A stretch of 64,000 nt of DNA, from NCBI RefSeq assembly GCF_006345805.1, contig NC_043000.1, positions 119,722,001 to 119,786,000 of the forward strand, given 5' to 3'. The notes under the pieces are model-generated. The model saw only the letters and a list, made by a program, of their open reading frames with translations, had not been told where the DNA came from and did not search any database. Of this stretch, positions 12,013 to 25,953 are shown one piece after another. The translations under genes were made by a program, and so were the position numbers. Within the stretch, counting starts at the first letter, position 1; every line of letters begins with the position of its first letter. Source of the DNA: Octopus sinensis (taxonomy: Eukaryota).

Positions 12013-13727
12013 TGCTATTTCTTGCATGTCTGATGACCACCAGAGGCTCTCCTGTTGGCTTAAATTTGTCATTTGTTAATATTTATATTGATTAGTCCCA
12101 CTTCAGCCCTGAGTGATCTGACCAACTTTCTAATTGTAACATTTCAATATTTTCTCATTTATTTCTTCAACTACATTAGTGTCCTACTTTGTTCTGGTAT
12201 CTTTGTTGTCTCTTGGAAGAGTCTCTCCCTAGATACAATAGTCTATTTCTAAAATAGTCTAATTAGTCTATTTTTAAAATCCGTTTATTTTTAAAATGCT
12301 TGGATGAGATAAAAGAAGATATGCAACCTCACAGGGATTACTTCGTTGGCTCTGTAAAACTCTTTTATAGTTGTTCGTCATGCAAAATGTAGCAGTTAAA
12401 TCTCTTTCAGATCACTCCCTATTTTGTTGATGCTATATATATTTCTAAATTTCCCACAGGGGGGCCAAACATAGAGGGGACAAACAAGGGATTAAGTCGA
12501 TTACATCAACCCTATTGTGTAACTGGTACTTATTTAATCGACCCTGAAAGGACGAAAGGCAAAGTTGACCTTGGCGGAGTGTGAACTCAGAATGTAACGG
12601 CAGACAAAATACCACTAAGCATTTTGTCTGGCGTGCTAACATCATCATCATTGTCTGCTTTTCATGCTAGCATGGGTTGGACGATTTGATTGAGGACTGG
12701 CGAACAAGATGGCTGCACCAGGCTCCAATCTGATCTGGCAGAGTTTCTACAGATAGATGCCCTTCCTAATGCTAACCACTCCGAGAGTGTAGTGGGTGCT
12801 TTTATGTGCCACCGGCACGAGGGCCAGTCAGGCGATACTGACAAAGACCACGCTCAAATGGTGTTTTTTACGTGTCACCTTCACAGGAGCCGGGTCAGCG
12901 GCTCCTTCTGCCAGCTTGCCGCCTTTGATGCTATATAAAAGGAATAAAGATTTTGTATTGACATCTCACATTGTTTTAGCTGAAGAGCCCTTGTCCATTG
13001 GTCAGTCATCATATGCTGCAATTTAACACTTTGTAGTAAACTCGTTAAAATGCTCATTTGAGTTATCATCATTTGCGATCAGGTGTTGGTCAGCCTGACC
13101 TTTGGCAAAGTGCTCATACCTAAATTTTGTCATCATTATCATCCATATAATCTTCACCATCTTTTACTTACCTCCTTTCTTCATCATTCTTGCCAACATC
13201 AGCATCATCACCTTAATTATAAACATTGTTATTATTGTCATTACAATCAATGTCATGATCCTCACCATCACTTATTGTTGTCATCATCATCATCATCGTC
13301 ATCAGCATCTTCTCTACCAGTGCCACCGCCGTATAGCAATCTCGTTATTTGCCAAGTTATTCAATAGCATCTAATTGTTTCTGCTCAGAGTGAGCCAAAT
13401 GAATTAATTGTGCTTAGCTGCACAATAATATCACTTTCTGAAATGCAATTAGTTGGACTTTGTGAAAATACTTAACGGTAGTTCCCTTGTCTTCTGTATT
13501 ATTTACTTAAAACTTTATGTTGACACCTTTCATTATCAAGTGTGCTTAATTAGGACACAGTTCTAAAGCAAGTTTAACTCTGAACTGCTTATTTAAATAT
13601 AGAAGCAAAATAGGCTGGGTAATAATATATTAGGTTTCCAACTCATGAGACATGATTTAAAATCCACTGTCAGTATTTGGTGTCTACCTACTTAGGTGAT
13701 CAATGGCTCTGAACAAAATCTGATATA

Positions 13728-13933
13728 CAGGGTGTTCACAAAGACTGGGTACATGGGGATTAACACATACTTTAAGAAATTATTATTTCCTATGTTTAAT
13801 TCTTTATGTCATGATTTTATTTACTCCATGTATCCACATGGGAATTAACACATAGTTTAAGAAATTATTATTTCTTATATTTAATTGTTATGATTTTATT
13901 TACTCCATTTACCCATACTTTGTGGACACCCTG
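13728..13933. mobile_element. Tc1/mariner-type MITE with TA target duplication and an internal ~85-bp tandem duplication
   Basis: ta|cagggtgttcacaaag...ctttgtggacaccctg|ta. Internal direct repeats start at about 13751 and 13836. Confidence 0.85.
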
Positions 13934-14357
13934 TAGAACTGGGACTACTAGTGGCACAGTAAAATGTACCCAGTCCACATTATAGTACATATGCAATAAC
14001 AAAATCTGCTGGTTTATTCAGTTACTATGTCCACCAGATGTTGTGAGCTGTGAAGGGTAGCAGGACACTGAGACACATCTAACCCATGACAGCATGGAAA
14101 AGTGGATGTAAAATGATGATGATGATTAGTACATGTAATTCGATGTCCTTCACATCATCTTCCTTTCTGGCTTAGTATTCTTTTCCAAATAATTTCTCTA
14201 TTTCAATCATTTCGCTCTTTGGCAAGGTTCCAATATTCTCCCAAACTCTCGTATCCAATCTTTTCAATGTTTTTCATTACTTTATCATCAAGAAACACTA
14301 TCTTCCTTCTTTTCATTATAAGTATACCACACTTCTTTATTTCTTATTCTATTACTA

Positions 14358-14790
14358 GGCGTAGGAGTGACTGTGTGGTAAGTAGCTTGCTTACGAACCA
14401 CGTGGTTCCAGGTTTAGTCCCACTGCATGGCACCTTGGGCAAGTATCTTCTACTATAGCCTCGGGCTGACCAAAGCCTTGTGAGTAGATTTGGTAGACGG
14501 AAACTGAAAGAAGCCCATTGTATATATTTATGTATATATTTATATATATGTATGTGTGTGTGTATTTTTGTGTGTCTGTGTTTGTGCCGCCAACATCGCT
14601 TGACAACCGATGCTGCTGTGTTTACATCCCTGTAACTTAGCAGTTCGGCAAAGGAGACCAATAGAATAAGTACTAGGCTTATAAAGAATAAGTCCTGGGG
14701 TTGATTTGCTCGACTAAAGGTGGTGCTCCAGCATGGCCACAGTCACATGACTGAAACAAGTAAAAAAGTAAAAGAGAGTCAAGAGTAAAA
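14358..14790 (+). mobile_element. SINE family A, full length (further copies near 17782-18190(-), 19899-20406, 20890-21845, 22531-22935, 32236-33480 x3, 36603-37030, 55545-55695(-), 60370-60560(-))
   Basis: Same head, body and tail as 409-1016. Confidence 0.85.
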
Positions 14791-14837
14791 GAATGGGTTG
14801 AACTAAAGAACCTTTTCAGTTTTCAATCGTCCTCAAC

Positions 14838-15479
14838 AAATGTATTGCTTTTAAGTCAAAGGAAAATTTTAAAAAAATGAGATAGACAGTTTATTTAGAA
14901 TGATAATTTTTAAAACAAGGAGTTACACACAAAATTATTTTGCAGACATCATACATGTATCTGCTTTCTCTTTGGATCTTCTTTCCTTTAGCATCTCTCT
15001 TCTCTGCGCATTTTGTTCACTGTCTTGTAGGGTTCTTTTTCTTATCACTTGGTGGTATTTCCATGGGAAAGTGACCAGCTGGGGCAAATCTTGTTGGATG
15101 TGGGATCAATGATGGTCTTCCTGGTTTCATGGGAGGCAATAAGGGCCTATATTTTTCAATAATCTTGGTGATTATTTGCATTCTAAATTTCAGCGGTTTC
15201 ATAGCAGAAGTTGAAGTTTCCAAAGATGCTATATACAAAGTATAAGCATTCCAGATAACCAAATCCATCAAATAAAAAAATACTTTTTTAATAATATTTT
15301 TTCCCACATAAAGTTTTTCCACAAGTAATTTCGTGATTGCTCAAAAATAAAACGACACAAAACAAATAAACACATTTGAGTGCTAAAATTAAAAGTTAAT
15401 TTTGACCAAGTATACTTGTCTGGTTCTAAAGAGATATATTTGTGATGCAGGTGTAAACTCGGGATAATCCATTAAGGGG
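14838..15479 (-). mobile_element. Internally deleted piggyBac derivative: 5' TIR and ~170 bp of leader joined to the transposase C-terminus
   Basis: Minus-strand KKVFFYLMDLVIWNAYTLY...HFPMEIPPSDKKKNPTRQ is nearly identical to the 52640-53085 copy. Ends atccattaagggg|ttaa at 15467-15483. Confidence 0.85.
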
Positions 15480-16265
15480 TTAATTATTAAATATCACAAC
15501 ATTCTCTATTTCAGTCATATAGATTGGTAACTAACCAGTATTTTAATTGGATTTATGATCCCTTAATGAAGTTTTATTACCTTTACTTCATTATATAAAA
15601 AGCACCCACTACACTCACGGAGTGGTTGGCGTTAGGAAGGGCATCCAGCTGTAGAAACATTGCCAGATAAGACCGGAGTGCAGGTGGCACGTAAAAAGCA
15701 CCCACTACACTCACGGAGTGGTTGGCGTTAGGAAGGGCATCCAGCTGTAGAAACATTGCCAGATAAGACCAGAGCCTGGTGCAGCCTCCTGGCTTCCCAG
15801 ATCCCTGGTCAAACCGTCCAACCCTTGCTAGCATGGAGAACGGACGTTAAACGATGATGATGATATATATATTGTTGCTATGATGTAAAAGTGTCATAAG
15901 TCCAAAACGTTTTTTTCAGAAAACATAAAAATAGTTTCACCATTCCATTTTCTTTTTACATGAGCAACAGTTTCAGCTTAACAATTATACTTTGTTGGCT
16001 GCATAAAATTGTAACTCCATGCATGTATGATATTTTTGCTCAGAAATATTTCTGCAAAACTGTCATATGTAGGACTTACTACATATATGTAAATTACTAA
16101 ACCGTTGTACTGCACTTTGGCAATTTTCATATTTTGGTATCTGAAGCAGCTAGAGATACGATAGTTTGACTAAAAGAACTGGCTGTTGCAAGCAAAACTA
16201 AATATTGAGAAAAGAAAAAAAAATATTGCATTTGGCCAAATTTGTACATATGACAGTTTAACATA

Positions 16266-16300
<35 letters not shown>

Positions 16301-16464
16301 GTGTACTCTTTTACTCATAAGGCTTTGGTCGGCCTGAGGCTATAGTAGAAGACACTTGCCCAAGGTGCCACACAGTGGAACTGAACCCGGAACCATGTGG
16401 TTGGTAAGCAAGCTACTTACCACACAGCCACTCCTACGCCTATATGTATATATATATATATATA

Positions 16465-16815
16465 TAATACAAAATGGGACAAGAACGCAAAACATCCGGA
16501 GAGTTAAGTGATACAAAAATAGGACAATGAAACATCCAGATAGACGATACAAAGAAAACAAGGATGGGTCATTCGAAGTTTTCTTTCCTCAGTCAAGCAC
16601 CAGATTATCCTCACAATTTCAGCTAATTATACTTGAGATTGCTCCAATCTGGCCAGCCCTGAGGAAAAACTAAGCTACGAGCATTAGATTCCTTGGAAGA
16701 AAGCAGCGAATGTATACAAAAACAAAGACGGAAAAAAACAGACAATGTTACACAAATACAAATACAATAAAAATAATAACAGGACATAGCAACAGGTGTC
16801 TTTCGTGTCTAAGTA
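16465..16815 (-). mobile_element. Unclassified repeat inserted at (TA)n, possibly Penelope-related; related sequence at ~26890-27240 (+)
   Basis: Shared ccagattggagcaatctcaag...aaattgtgaggataatctg vs ccagactgaacaatatcagg...aaattgtgatgatatttg. Confidence 0.35.
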
Positions 16816-18002
16816 ACGTATATATGCAAACAATTTTTAAAACCTGTTCTGTGTGTATAATATTAAAATGTAAAATAAGGAAATTGTACATTAATATATA
16901 TATATGTATACACACACACACACACAAACATATGCATCATCATCATTTAATGTCTGTTTTCCGTGCTAGCACGAGTTGAAACGGTTCGATCAGGGTCTGG
17001 GAAGCCAGGAGGTTGCACCAGGCTCCAGTCTGATCTGGCAGTGTTTCTACAGCTGGGTGCCCTTCCTAACGCCAATCACTCCGTGAGTGTAGTGGGTGCT
17101 TTTTACATGCCACTGGCACAGTTGCCAGGGGAGGCTGGCAGCGGCCACAATCGGTTGGTGCTTTTTACGTGCCACCGGCACAGAAGCCAGTCAAGGCGGC
17201 GCTGGCATAATACATATTTATTCTTCTTGCATATACATACATGCGTGTGTTCTGCATGCATAATTTCTTAAATAATATATAATTTTTCTGTACATCATGC
17301 AAAAACGTACAGAATATTCTGATGAAAGAGAACATATTTAGCAGTCAAATGTTGCAAGTTAACATCTTGATATCACAGTTGCAAATGTGTTTTTTTTTCT
17401 TTTATTTTCCATACTTCCTGTAAATTTTTATGTTATCTTTGACAGAATGTTTAATAAATTAGCATTTTTTAATGTACATTATTTGATTATTATCATATGA
17501 AGGAATTTGTCCGTTTGATAAGATTCTTTGGCAGACAGAAATTGTTGATGTTGATTTAAGAAGCGACATTGAAAAGAAAATCTAGTGTCTTTGCATTCAT
17601 CAAATTTTGAAAGCAACTTAAATAACAAGTTGCTTTGCAAATCACGTCAGTGAGAATTTCTTAAAATTCATTTTTAATGATAGAAAATAAAGAAGAGTTT
17701 AGAAGTGGCAGAAATAAATATACATATATATATATATATATAATTATGTGTGTGTGTGTCTTTCTGATACTTCCAACGTATTATGCAGATACACATGTAT
17801 ACTCTTTACTCTTTTAGTTGTTTCAGTCATGTGACTGTGGCCATGCTGGAGCACTGCCTTTAGTCGAGCAAATCGATCCCAGGACTAATTCTTTCTAAGC
17901 CTAGTACTTATTCTTTCGAACCGCTAAGTTATGGGTATGTAAACAACCCAGCATCGGTTGTCAAGCGATGTTGGGGGGACAAACACAGACACACAAACAC
18001 AT

Positions 18003-18041
<39 letters not shown>

Positions 18042-19286
18042 CATATACATACATATATACAACGGGCTTCTTTCAGTTTCCATCTACCAAATCCACTCAC
18101 AAGGCTTTGGTTGGCCTGAGGCTATAGTAGAAGACACTTGCCCAAGGTGCCATGTAGTGAGACTGAACCTGGAACCATGTAGTTCGTAAGCATTGGTTAT
18201 CAAGTGATGTTGGGGGACAAACACAGACACACAAAGACATGCTCACACTCATACATACATACATACAGTGTGTATGTGTGTGTATATGCATATACAACAT
18301 GCTTGTGCAGGGGCTATATAAAAATCACCCAGTATACTCTGTAAATTGGTTGGCATTAAGGAGGGCATCCAGCCATAGATATACCTATACATACCTACGA
18401 TACATACATACACATAAATATATAGAGACATATCTACATCATAACATATATATGCAAACAATTTTAAAAAACTGTTTGGTGTGTATAATATTAAAATGTA
18501 AAATAAGGAAATTGTACATTAATTTGATGTAACATTATTACATACATATGTGTATGTACCTATACATATGTATGTGTGTATCTGTATATATATTTAAATA
18601 TATATATGTATATATATTTAAATATATATGTATATATATATATATATATATATGATAGAAATATTAAAATTACTAAGTCTCTATAAAAGAGATTAAGAAT
18701 GCCATATTAATATGGCGATAACAATTAATATATATATATGCATACATATATAAATGTGCATGTATGTGTGCGTATAAAATTTATATATGTGAGCATGTAT
18801 TTGTGTACATATTTTTGTATGCGTATCCATATGTGTGTATATTTGTATGTATATTTATATTTTTGTAAATATACATGTAATTTTATGTAGAAATAGCAGT
18901 CAAAACTTAACTCTAAAACCACATCAAATATTTAATGTGGTTTCAGAGTCAAGTTTTGACTGCTATATCTAGCATGATGATATCTTTTAGATACCCTTAA
19001 TTATAATTTTAATAATAATTATTACCTATGAGGTTTTTATTCACATGATATGATCGGCATTTTAAATTATGTAAATATATATATATGTATGTGTATTTTT
19101 TCAATGTGTACAAATAACATGGAGAAAATAAATAGTCATCAGGGTAGCAAAAATTCACATTAGTGCCAAGGATATTACACCTTGCTTATAAAGGTAGAAA
19201 TTGCAGGTTTAAGTGAAATGTTTTTGTATAACATGGATAAATTAAGAAATGGAGTCAAATGCAGGTGTTATTCTAATCATTTATAC

Positions 19287-19374
19287 TTCCCACATATGTT
19301 TCAAAGAAAGCATTGAGATTATTCCGGAGGGAATAAAAATGATGTAAAACCTATGCAATCATCTTGTCAGGGAA
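19287..19374 (-). ncRNA. Decayed type I hammerhead ribozyme (Penelope-type) with a long stem II region
   Basis: Minus strand: ttcc-CTGACAA-(long insert)-GAAAC-ATAT-GTG-ggaa. Stem I ttcc/ggaa and palindromic ACATATGT. G8 and the cleavage base are mutated. Confidence 0.5.
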
Positions 19375-21053
19375 AAAAAAGGAGAAACAAAACACATCAA
19401 TAAGCCATTTTAACCGATTGTAATTACCGTGTGTGTGTGTGTATATATATAGTACTTACTGCTTTATTATTGTCATTTGAGAGGTTCATACATGTTAAGG
19501 AAATTAGATTATTGATTGAGGTTCATTTAATTAGTGTCGAAAGTTGATGGTAAGAAGAAAAGTTGCTGGCATGGGAAGAAGGTGATGTGTTTTGGGGGGT
19601 GAAATGTTTAGTATAGAAGTAGGTGGTATGAAGGTGGGGAACTTGTATAGTGTTGCTGTTTGTTTAGTCTCTTCTCAGCTCCAGTTCAGATGACCCTTGC
19701 TCAAAGATGTTCTTGCTGTGACCATGTTTTATGCATTATGTTTTTCATTTAGTGGATGGTGGCCATGCTGGGGACTTTAGTCAAACAAATCAGGCCCCTG
19801 TACTTGTCTTATTCTGTTGATCTCTTTTGCAAAACAGCTAAGTTATGGGGTGTAAGCAAACACTGGTTGTTGAGTGGCGATAGGGACAAACAGAAAAAGG
19901 CACAGGAGTGGCTGTGTGGTAAGTAGCTTGCTTACCAGCCACATGTTTCTGGGTTCAGTCAAATTGTGTGGCACCTTGGGCAAGTGTCTTCTACTATAGC
20001 CTCAGGCCAACCAAAGCCTTGTGAGTGGATTTGATAGACAGAAACTGAAAGAAGCCCGTCTTATATATGTATATATATAAGACGGGCTTCTTTCAGTTTA
20101 TATATGTATGTATGTGTGTGTATATATATATATATGTATGTGTGTGTATATGATAGTGTGTCTGTGTATATATATGTATGTATGTGTGTGTATATGATTG
20201 TGTGTTTGTGTTTGTCCCCCCAACATCACTTGACAACCGATGCTGGTGTGTTTAAGTCCCCGTAACTTAGCGGTTCGGCATAAGAGACCGATAGAATAAG
20301 TACTAGGCTTACAAAGAATACGTCCTGGGGTTGATTTGCTTGACTAAAGGCAGTGCTCCAGCATGGCCGCAGTCAAATGACTGAAACAAGTAAAAGAGTA
20401 AAGAGTACATATAGACATATATATTTATATACACAACAGGTTTCCATACAGTTTCCATCTTCCAAATATACTCATAAGTCATTGGTAAGCTTGGGGCTAT
20501 AGCAAAAGACACTTGTCCAAAGTGTTGTGCAAAGGGCATCCCAAATTTTTTATGTTTTCCAGACAAGAATTACATTATCTAACGTGTCAATCTTATTTTC
20601 ATTTGGTAAGAGAGTAGAGTGTGAAACAAGTGTGATTTGGCTGCTATTTTTAGCAAATCAATTACCCATCCTCAGACTCCTTTATTGATTCAAGTTGGTT
20701 TTGGTGATGATAGTGCAGTGTTTGTATGTTCAGTCATGTGGGGGTAATTGTAATAGAGAAAAGCAGAAAGAAGATTTGTTTTGACATTTAATCAGTGTTC
20801 AGGTAATTGCTGACAGTTAATTATGTTTCAGAATATGGTCATATCTGTTATATTTGTTATGGTTTTGTTTGTGGGTGTGGTCAGTGCAGTTGTGGCTGTA
20901 TGGTTAAGAAGTTTGCTTCCCAGCCACATAGTTTTCAGATAATTCCGTGACCCCTTGAGCAGATGTCTTCCATAGCCTCAGGCTGATCAAAGCCTTGTAA
21001 GTGGACTTAGTAGATGGAAACTGAAAGAAGCTCATTGTATATATATATATATA

Positions 21054-21433
21054 CTAGCAGTATGGCCTGGCGTTGCTCGGGTTTGTTTCGACCCTTTAGA
21101 ATTGGAGTTTTGAAAAGTAAAAAGTTTGCATTATGTAGCTTGTTATTCTCTTTAAGTGAATGTTTTTCCGGTTGAAATACACCGAAAAATGGCGACACAG
21201 CAATAAAAAAATCATAAAAAATAGGGATTTTCATAGAAAAAAAAGCACCTTTTAGATGTAAATAATTTTTGGTGTTAACATGGTCCGATTTGATTTTTTT
21301 TCTTATACAGAAGGAAGAGCAAGCCTTCTTCTATCCTACTCTCAATTTTGGTCAACTTGCGCCGCAGGGTCTCAGGAGGAGATAGTGTTAGTTGAAGGCT
21401 ACCAAACCTGCCACACACAGACAACTTCAGCTT

Positions 21434-21440
<7 letters not shown>
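21054..21440 (-). mobile_element. Non-autonomous Helitron inserted in the (TA)n linker of a family A SINE
   Basis: Minus-strand 3' end cccgagcaacgccagg hairpin, 9-nt spacer, then CTAG|T. A related end fragment is at ~60310-60345. Confidence 0.75.
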
Positions 21441-21479
<39 letters not shown>

Positions 21480-23845
21480 TTTGTGTCTGAGTTTGTCTCC
21501 CATCACTGCTTAACAATTGGCCTTGGTATGTTTATGTCCCCTATAACTTATCCTCAGGCTGATCAAAGCCTTGTAAGTGAATTTGATAGATGGAAACTGA
21601 AAGAAGCCCATTGTATATATATATGTGTCTGAGTTTGTCCCCCATCACTGCTTGACAAATGGTGTTGGTATGTTTATGTCCCCCGTAACTTAGCGGTTTG
21701 GCATAAGAGACTGAAAGAATAAGTACCAGCCTTTAAAAAAAAAAAATTAATAAAATACTGGTGTTGATTCATTTGACTAAAAATTCTTCAAAGCAGTGCC
21801 CTGGCATGGCTGTAGTCCAGTGAGTGAAACAAGTAAAAAATAAAAGATTTCGAACTCGGGCGGGGGGAGGGGGCTCCGAAAAGGGTCTCTACCTTCCTGA
21901 GCTTGTTTTCCATCACATTTCTTAAAAATCATACTTGAGGCCTTGGTCTTGGAACCACTCCTGTCTAGAAACTGAGGTTGGGGGTAAGCAAGGGTATGCT
22001 CTCTGTAGAAAATCCAGCTCTAGAAAAGCCTCATGATAGCAAGGAAGAAGGGGCACCAGCCAGCCCAAAGCTTGGGGTGCGCTGCACCTACCTACCCCGG
22101 TTGCTATGGCATTGAGGTAGATCTGGTCACTCCTGTCAATGGGTGCAGAATCCAGATTTAAAAGACCGGATGATGATGTGGCTTCCTAGCTTACCATTTT
22201 CGGTTAAACCGTCCAACCCAGGCCAGCATGGAAAACGAACATTAACTGATAATGAGGATGATGTGTGTGTTTATGTTTATGTCGTCTTATCTTGTTATCA
22301 CATGCTAGTTGTAAATGAGGGAGCATTATCTTGCTTGGAAACAAGAGGGTTGGCAATAGGAAGGGCATCTGGTCATAGAAAATCTGCCTCAATAAACACC
22401 ATCCGACATATGCAACGACAGAGAAGTTTATGTTACAGTAATGATATTGAGAATTATATTATTTACTAGCTGATCCCCTTACCGTCGAAAATGATGGCTA
22501 ATTGTAGTATTTTATATATAAATATATAATAGGTGCAGGAGTGGCTGTGTGGTAAGTTGCTTGCTTACCAACCACGTGGTTCTGGGTTCAGTCCCACTGT
22601 CTGGCACCATGGACAAGTGTCTTCTACTATAGCCCCAGGCCGACCAAAGCCTTGTGAGTGGATTTGGTAGGTGGAAACTGAAAGAAGCCTGTCGTATGTA
22701 GAAACTGAAAGAAGCCTGTCGTATATATATGTGTGTGTGTGTTTGTCCCCCTCTCCAGCATCGCTTGACAACCGATGCTGGTGTGTTTATGTCCCCGTAA
22801 CTTAGTGGTTCGGCAAAAGAGACTGATAGAATAAGTACTAGGCTTACAAAGAATAAGTCCTGGGGTCAATTAGCTCGACTAAAAGGCAGTGCTCCAGCAT
22901 GGCCGCAGTCAACTGACTGAAACAAGTAAAAGAGTAGATAGGGATGGTAAATGAAATTAATACACTTGTCAATGTTATGTAGTGGTTGTCTTTTAAGATG
23001 TGACATCAATCATTGTTTGTTACTGAAAGAAGACTGGTTCACACATATAAACATTCACATACTTCCCTTGTACATACACACACATATACTCACACAGTTG
23101 AAACGCTGTTTGATTTTTCTTTTTGGCGTTGTATGTTCACCATCCCACTTCCATTGGACAAACACGTACACAAACATTCACATACCTCCCTTTTACACAC
23201 ATGGAAATTGTAAAGATACTCGTGCTGGTGACATGTTAAAAGCACCATCTGAACGTGGCAGTTGCCAGCGCCACCTGACTGGTGTCCGTGTCGGTGACAC
23301 GTAAAAGCACCAACTGATCGTGGCTGTTTTCCAACTTCATCTGGCCCCTGTGCGAGTGGCACGTAGAAAGCACCCACTACTCTCTTGGAGTGGTTGGCGT
23401 TAGGAAGGGCATCCAGCTGTAGAAACACTGCCAGATCAGACTGGAGCCTGGTGCAGCCTCCTGGCTTCCCAGACCCCGGTTGAACCATGCAACCCATGCT
23501 AGCATGGAAAACGGACATTAAACGATGATGATGATGATGATGACACATATACTCACACAGAGTTGAAACACTCCCACTACCAGTTTGTCCATCACCCCTT
23601 CCTTCCTTATTCATCTATCACCCCCTTCCTTTCTCAGTCATATGATGTGGCGGAGCAAAACACAAGAGTATTATTATAGCAGAAGAATATGTCTTACCTT
23701 ATCTTAGGCAGTAGGGTGTAATCTGAAGGAAATTTGCCTATTGTTTGTAGCAGGTCCAACAACTGCATAGATGCTCCTTCATAGTTAAATATTATATTAT
23801 TCAACTGTATCAATAATTAATTGAAATTTTTAAACATTGTTTTAG

Positions 23846-23903
23846 ATATCACGAGATGAAGCTATCAGTGTAATTAGAAGTGATGTTCTGGAGAAAGTGA
23901 AAG
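23846..23903 (+). CDS. PNPT1: PNPT1 (mitochondrial polyribonucleotide nucleotidyltransferase) internal exon, 58 nt, phase 0 to 1
   Basis: Acceptor ttgttttag| and donor AAG|gtgagt. Translates ISRDEAISVIRSDVLEKVK(E), matching recalled human PNPT1 [20 protein letters not shown]. Splices in frame to 46857. Confidence 0.9.
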
Positions 23904-24204
23904 GTGAGTAGCAAATAATTCAAATAATTTTCTGTATTTTTCTTTTTACCAAATCTATTTGAACATTTATTATCGATTGTCAGCATGGACATGTTAAACT
24001 CTCGGATCGTTCAAATAGATAACAGGTTTAGGAAATTTAGTTACTGTAAGTGTTAAGCACTAAATGATTTTGTGTGTGACATACAAGTTGACTTACAGCT
24101 TTAGGCCAAAATACCATCATGACTGTGTTTGCGTTACAGATGTGAAATAGTCTAGCATGTCCTCCATTGTATAATTATTATTATTATTATTACTACTATT
24201 ATTA

Positions 24205-24555
24205 TTATTCAATAGTTTTTTTTTTAATATCGTGCTTTCCCTTCACTACCTTGCGCAGCTCTGTGTGCCTTGGGTATGTGCTGTGTTTTGTTGTGATGCT
24301 CTGATGCTTACTGTATTGAAAGTGTTTTGCGTAGGATGTGGGCAGTGCCCAGTAGTGCAATTTTCTGTATGTTATATGTGTTTGTAAGTCCTGGTGTTCT
24401 TTAGTTATGTATTTGTCTGAATATTTTTTTATCATACCTAATGCACCTACTATGATAGGAATTGTTTCTGTTTTTAGATTTCACATTTGAGTTACCTCTA
24501 TTTCCAGGTCTTTGTATTTTGAAAGTTTCTCCATTTCTTTTAGAGACACGTTTTT
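24205..24555 (-). mobile_element. R4/Dong LINE short 3' fragment between (TTA)n tracts
   Basis: Inverted copy of 44990-45250 (IPIIVGALG.IKKYSDKYITK...IQKIALLGTAHILR). Confidence 0.8.
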
Positions 24556-24574
24556 TATTATTATTATTATTATT

Positions 24575-25130
24575 GAATGAGAGAGTAGTGCATGCCATCA
24601 AAGTGACACTGGGGTAAAATATATGAAGCCCAGTATACCCATCATGACTACCCGTCTGATAAGGGTACACGGGGAACATGCATCACAACCATGTGTGCGT
24701 GACATGGTGATCTCATATCAAGATAAACAACACATGACCTTGTAGGTGGGGCTCAGTTAGAATTTTCTTCTGGTTGAGTAGCCCATCCCGTTCAAAAGGT
24801 CCCTGAATAAGGATTGTTTAAGGGTGCTGAACGAACCACCCATGTTTCCAAAGGTGAATTATCTAAACCTCCAAGAATTCCTTTCAATACACGGCTATGA
24901 TGCTCCCCCACTACTTCTGCTCGTGATCAGAGATGCACATATCGTCAGCCACTAAGGGACATGCTCAACTGGTTACGGTCAAACAACTGACAACCAAATC
25001 TGTGGTATTAAGAAGAATATTTGCTGTAGCCCATCTTTTATACCAAGACAAAACAATGTACATGATAACACTTCCAATCGGTTAAGCTCAGAAGCTATGA
25101 GAGCCACTGCCTGGCACTGCATCAAGGCAT
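24575..25130 (-). mobile_element. Inverted copy of the 7398-7940 TAA-tailed repeat
   Basis: Direct sequence match; flanked by (TTA)n on both sides. Confidence 0.75.
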
Positions 25131-25149
25131 TTATTATTATTATTATTAT

Positions 25150-25953
25150 CATTGCCTTTGTACAACTTCTAATGCTAGAGATGTACTACAGTGTCAGCTG
25201 TTCACTACTAGTGAACCAAGGTAGCACCTCTTTTTTTTCAAGCACCTTCCGGAGTATTCGAGCAGTTCCAAGCAGTGCTGTTTTCTGCAAGTGCTCCACC
25301 CTCATTGTAGCCCCTATTTATTCCATGTACTTCTCAAGATTTTTACTCACTGTTCCCAGGGCTCCGATAATTATTGGTACTACATCCACCTTTTTCATTG
25401 ATCACAACTGTTTAACCTCCCAAGCTAACCTGTTATATCTATCAACTTTTCTTTCTTCCTTGTCACATACCTTGTTGTCAGCTGGGTTTTGCTGTATCTA
25501 TGATCCAGCATAGTTTGTTTTCTTTCTCAATTAAGACTACATCTGGCTTCCTATTCTCTATCTTATGGTCACACTGAATCATAAAATCACATAGGATCTT
25601 TGCATTCCTATTTTTGATGATGCCTTCAGGTTTGTGGTCATACCAATTTTTTGCTCTGTCAAATCCATACTTGTTGCAAAGTGTCCAATGGACAAGTCTT
25701 GCTATATTGTCATGGCATCTCTTATATTCCTTCTGGGCTAGTGGCATACATTGGCTGGTAATATGCCATACAGTTTTACCATTTTGTCCACAGATTCTGC
25801 ACTTATCACTTTCTGATGTGTTGTCTATTCTGTATTTTATGTAGTTTTTTCTTAGTGCTTGCTCTTTGGCAGCATAGATTAGAGCCTCTGTTTCCAGTTT
25901 TTGGTTTTCTGGTTTTAAATCAATTAGAGCCTCCATTCCCAGTTTTAAATCAC

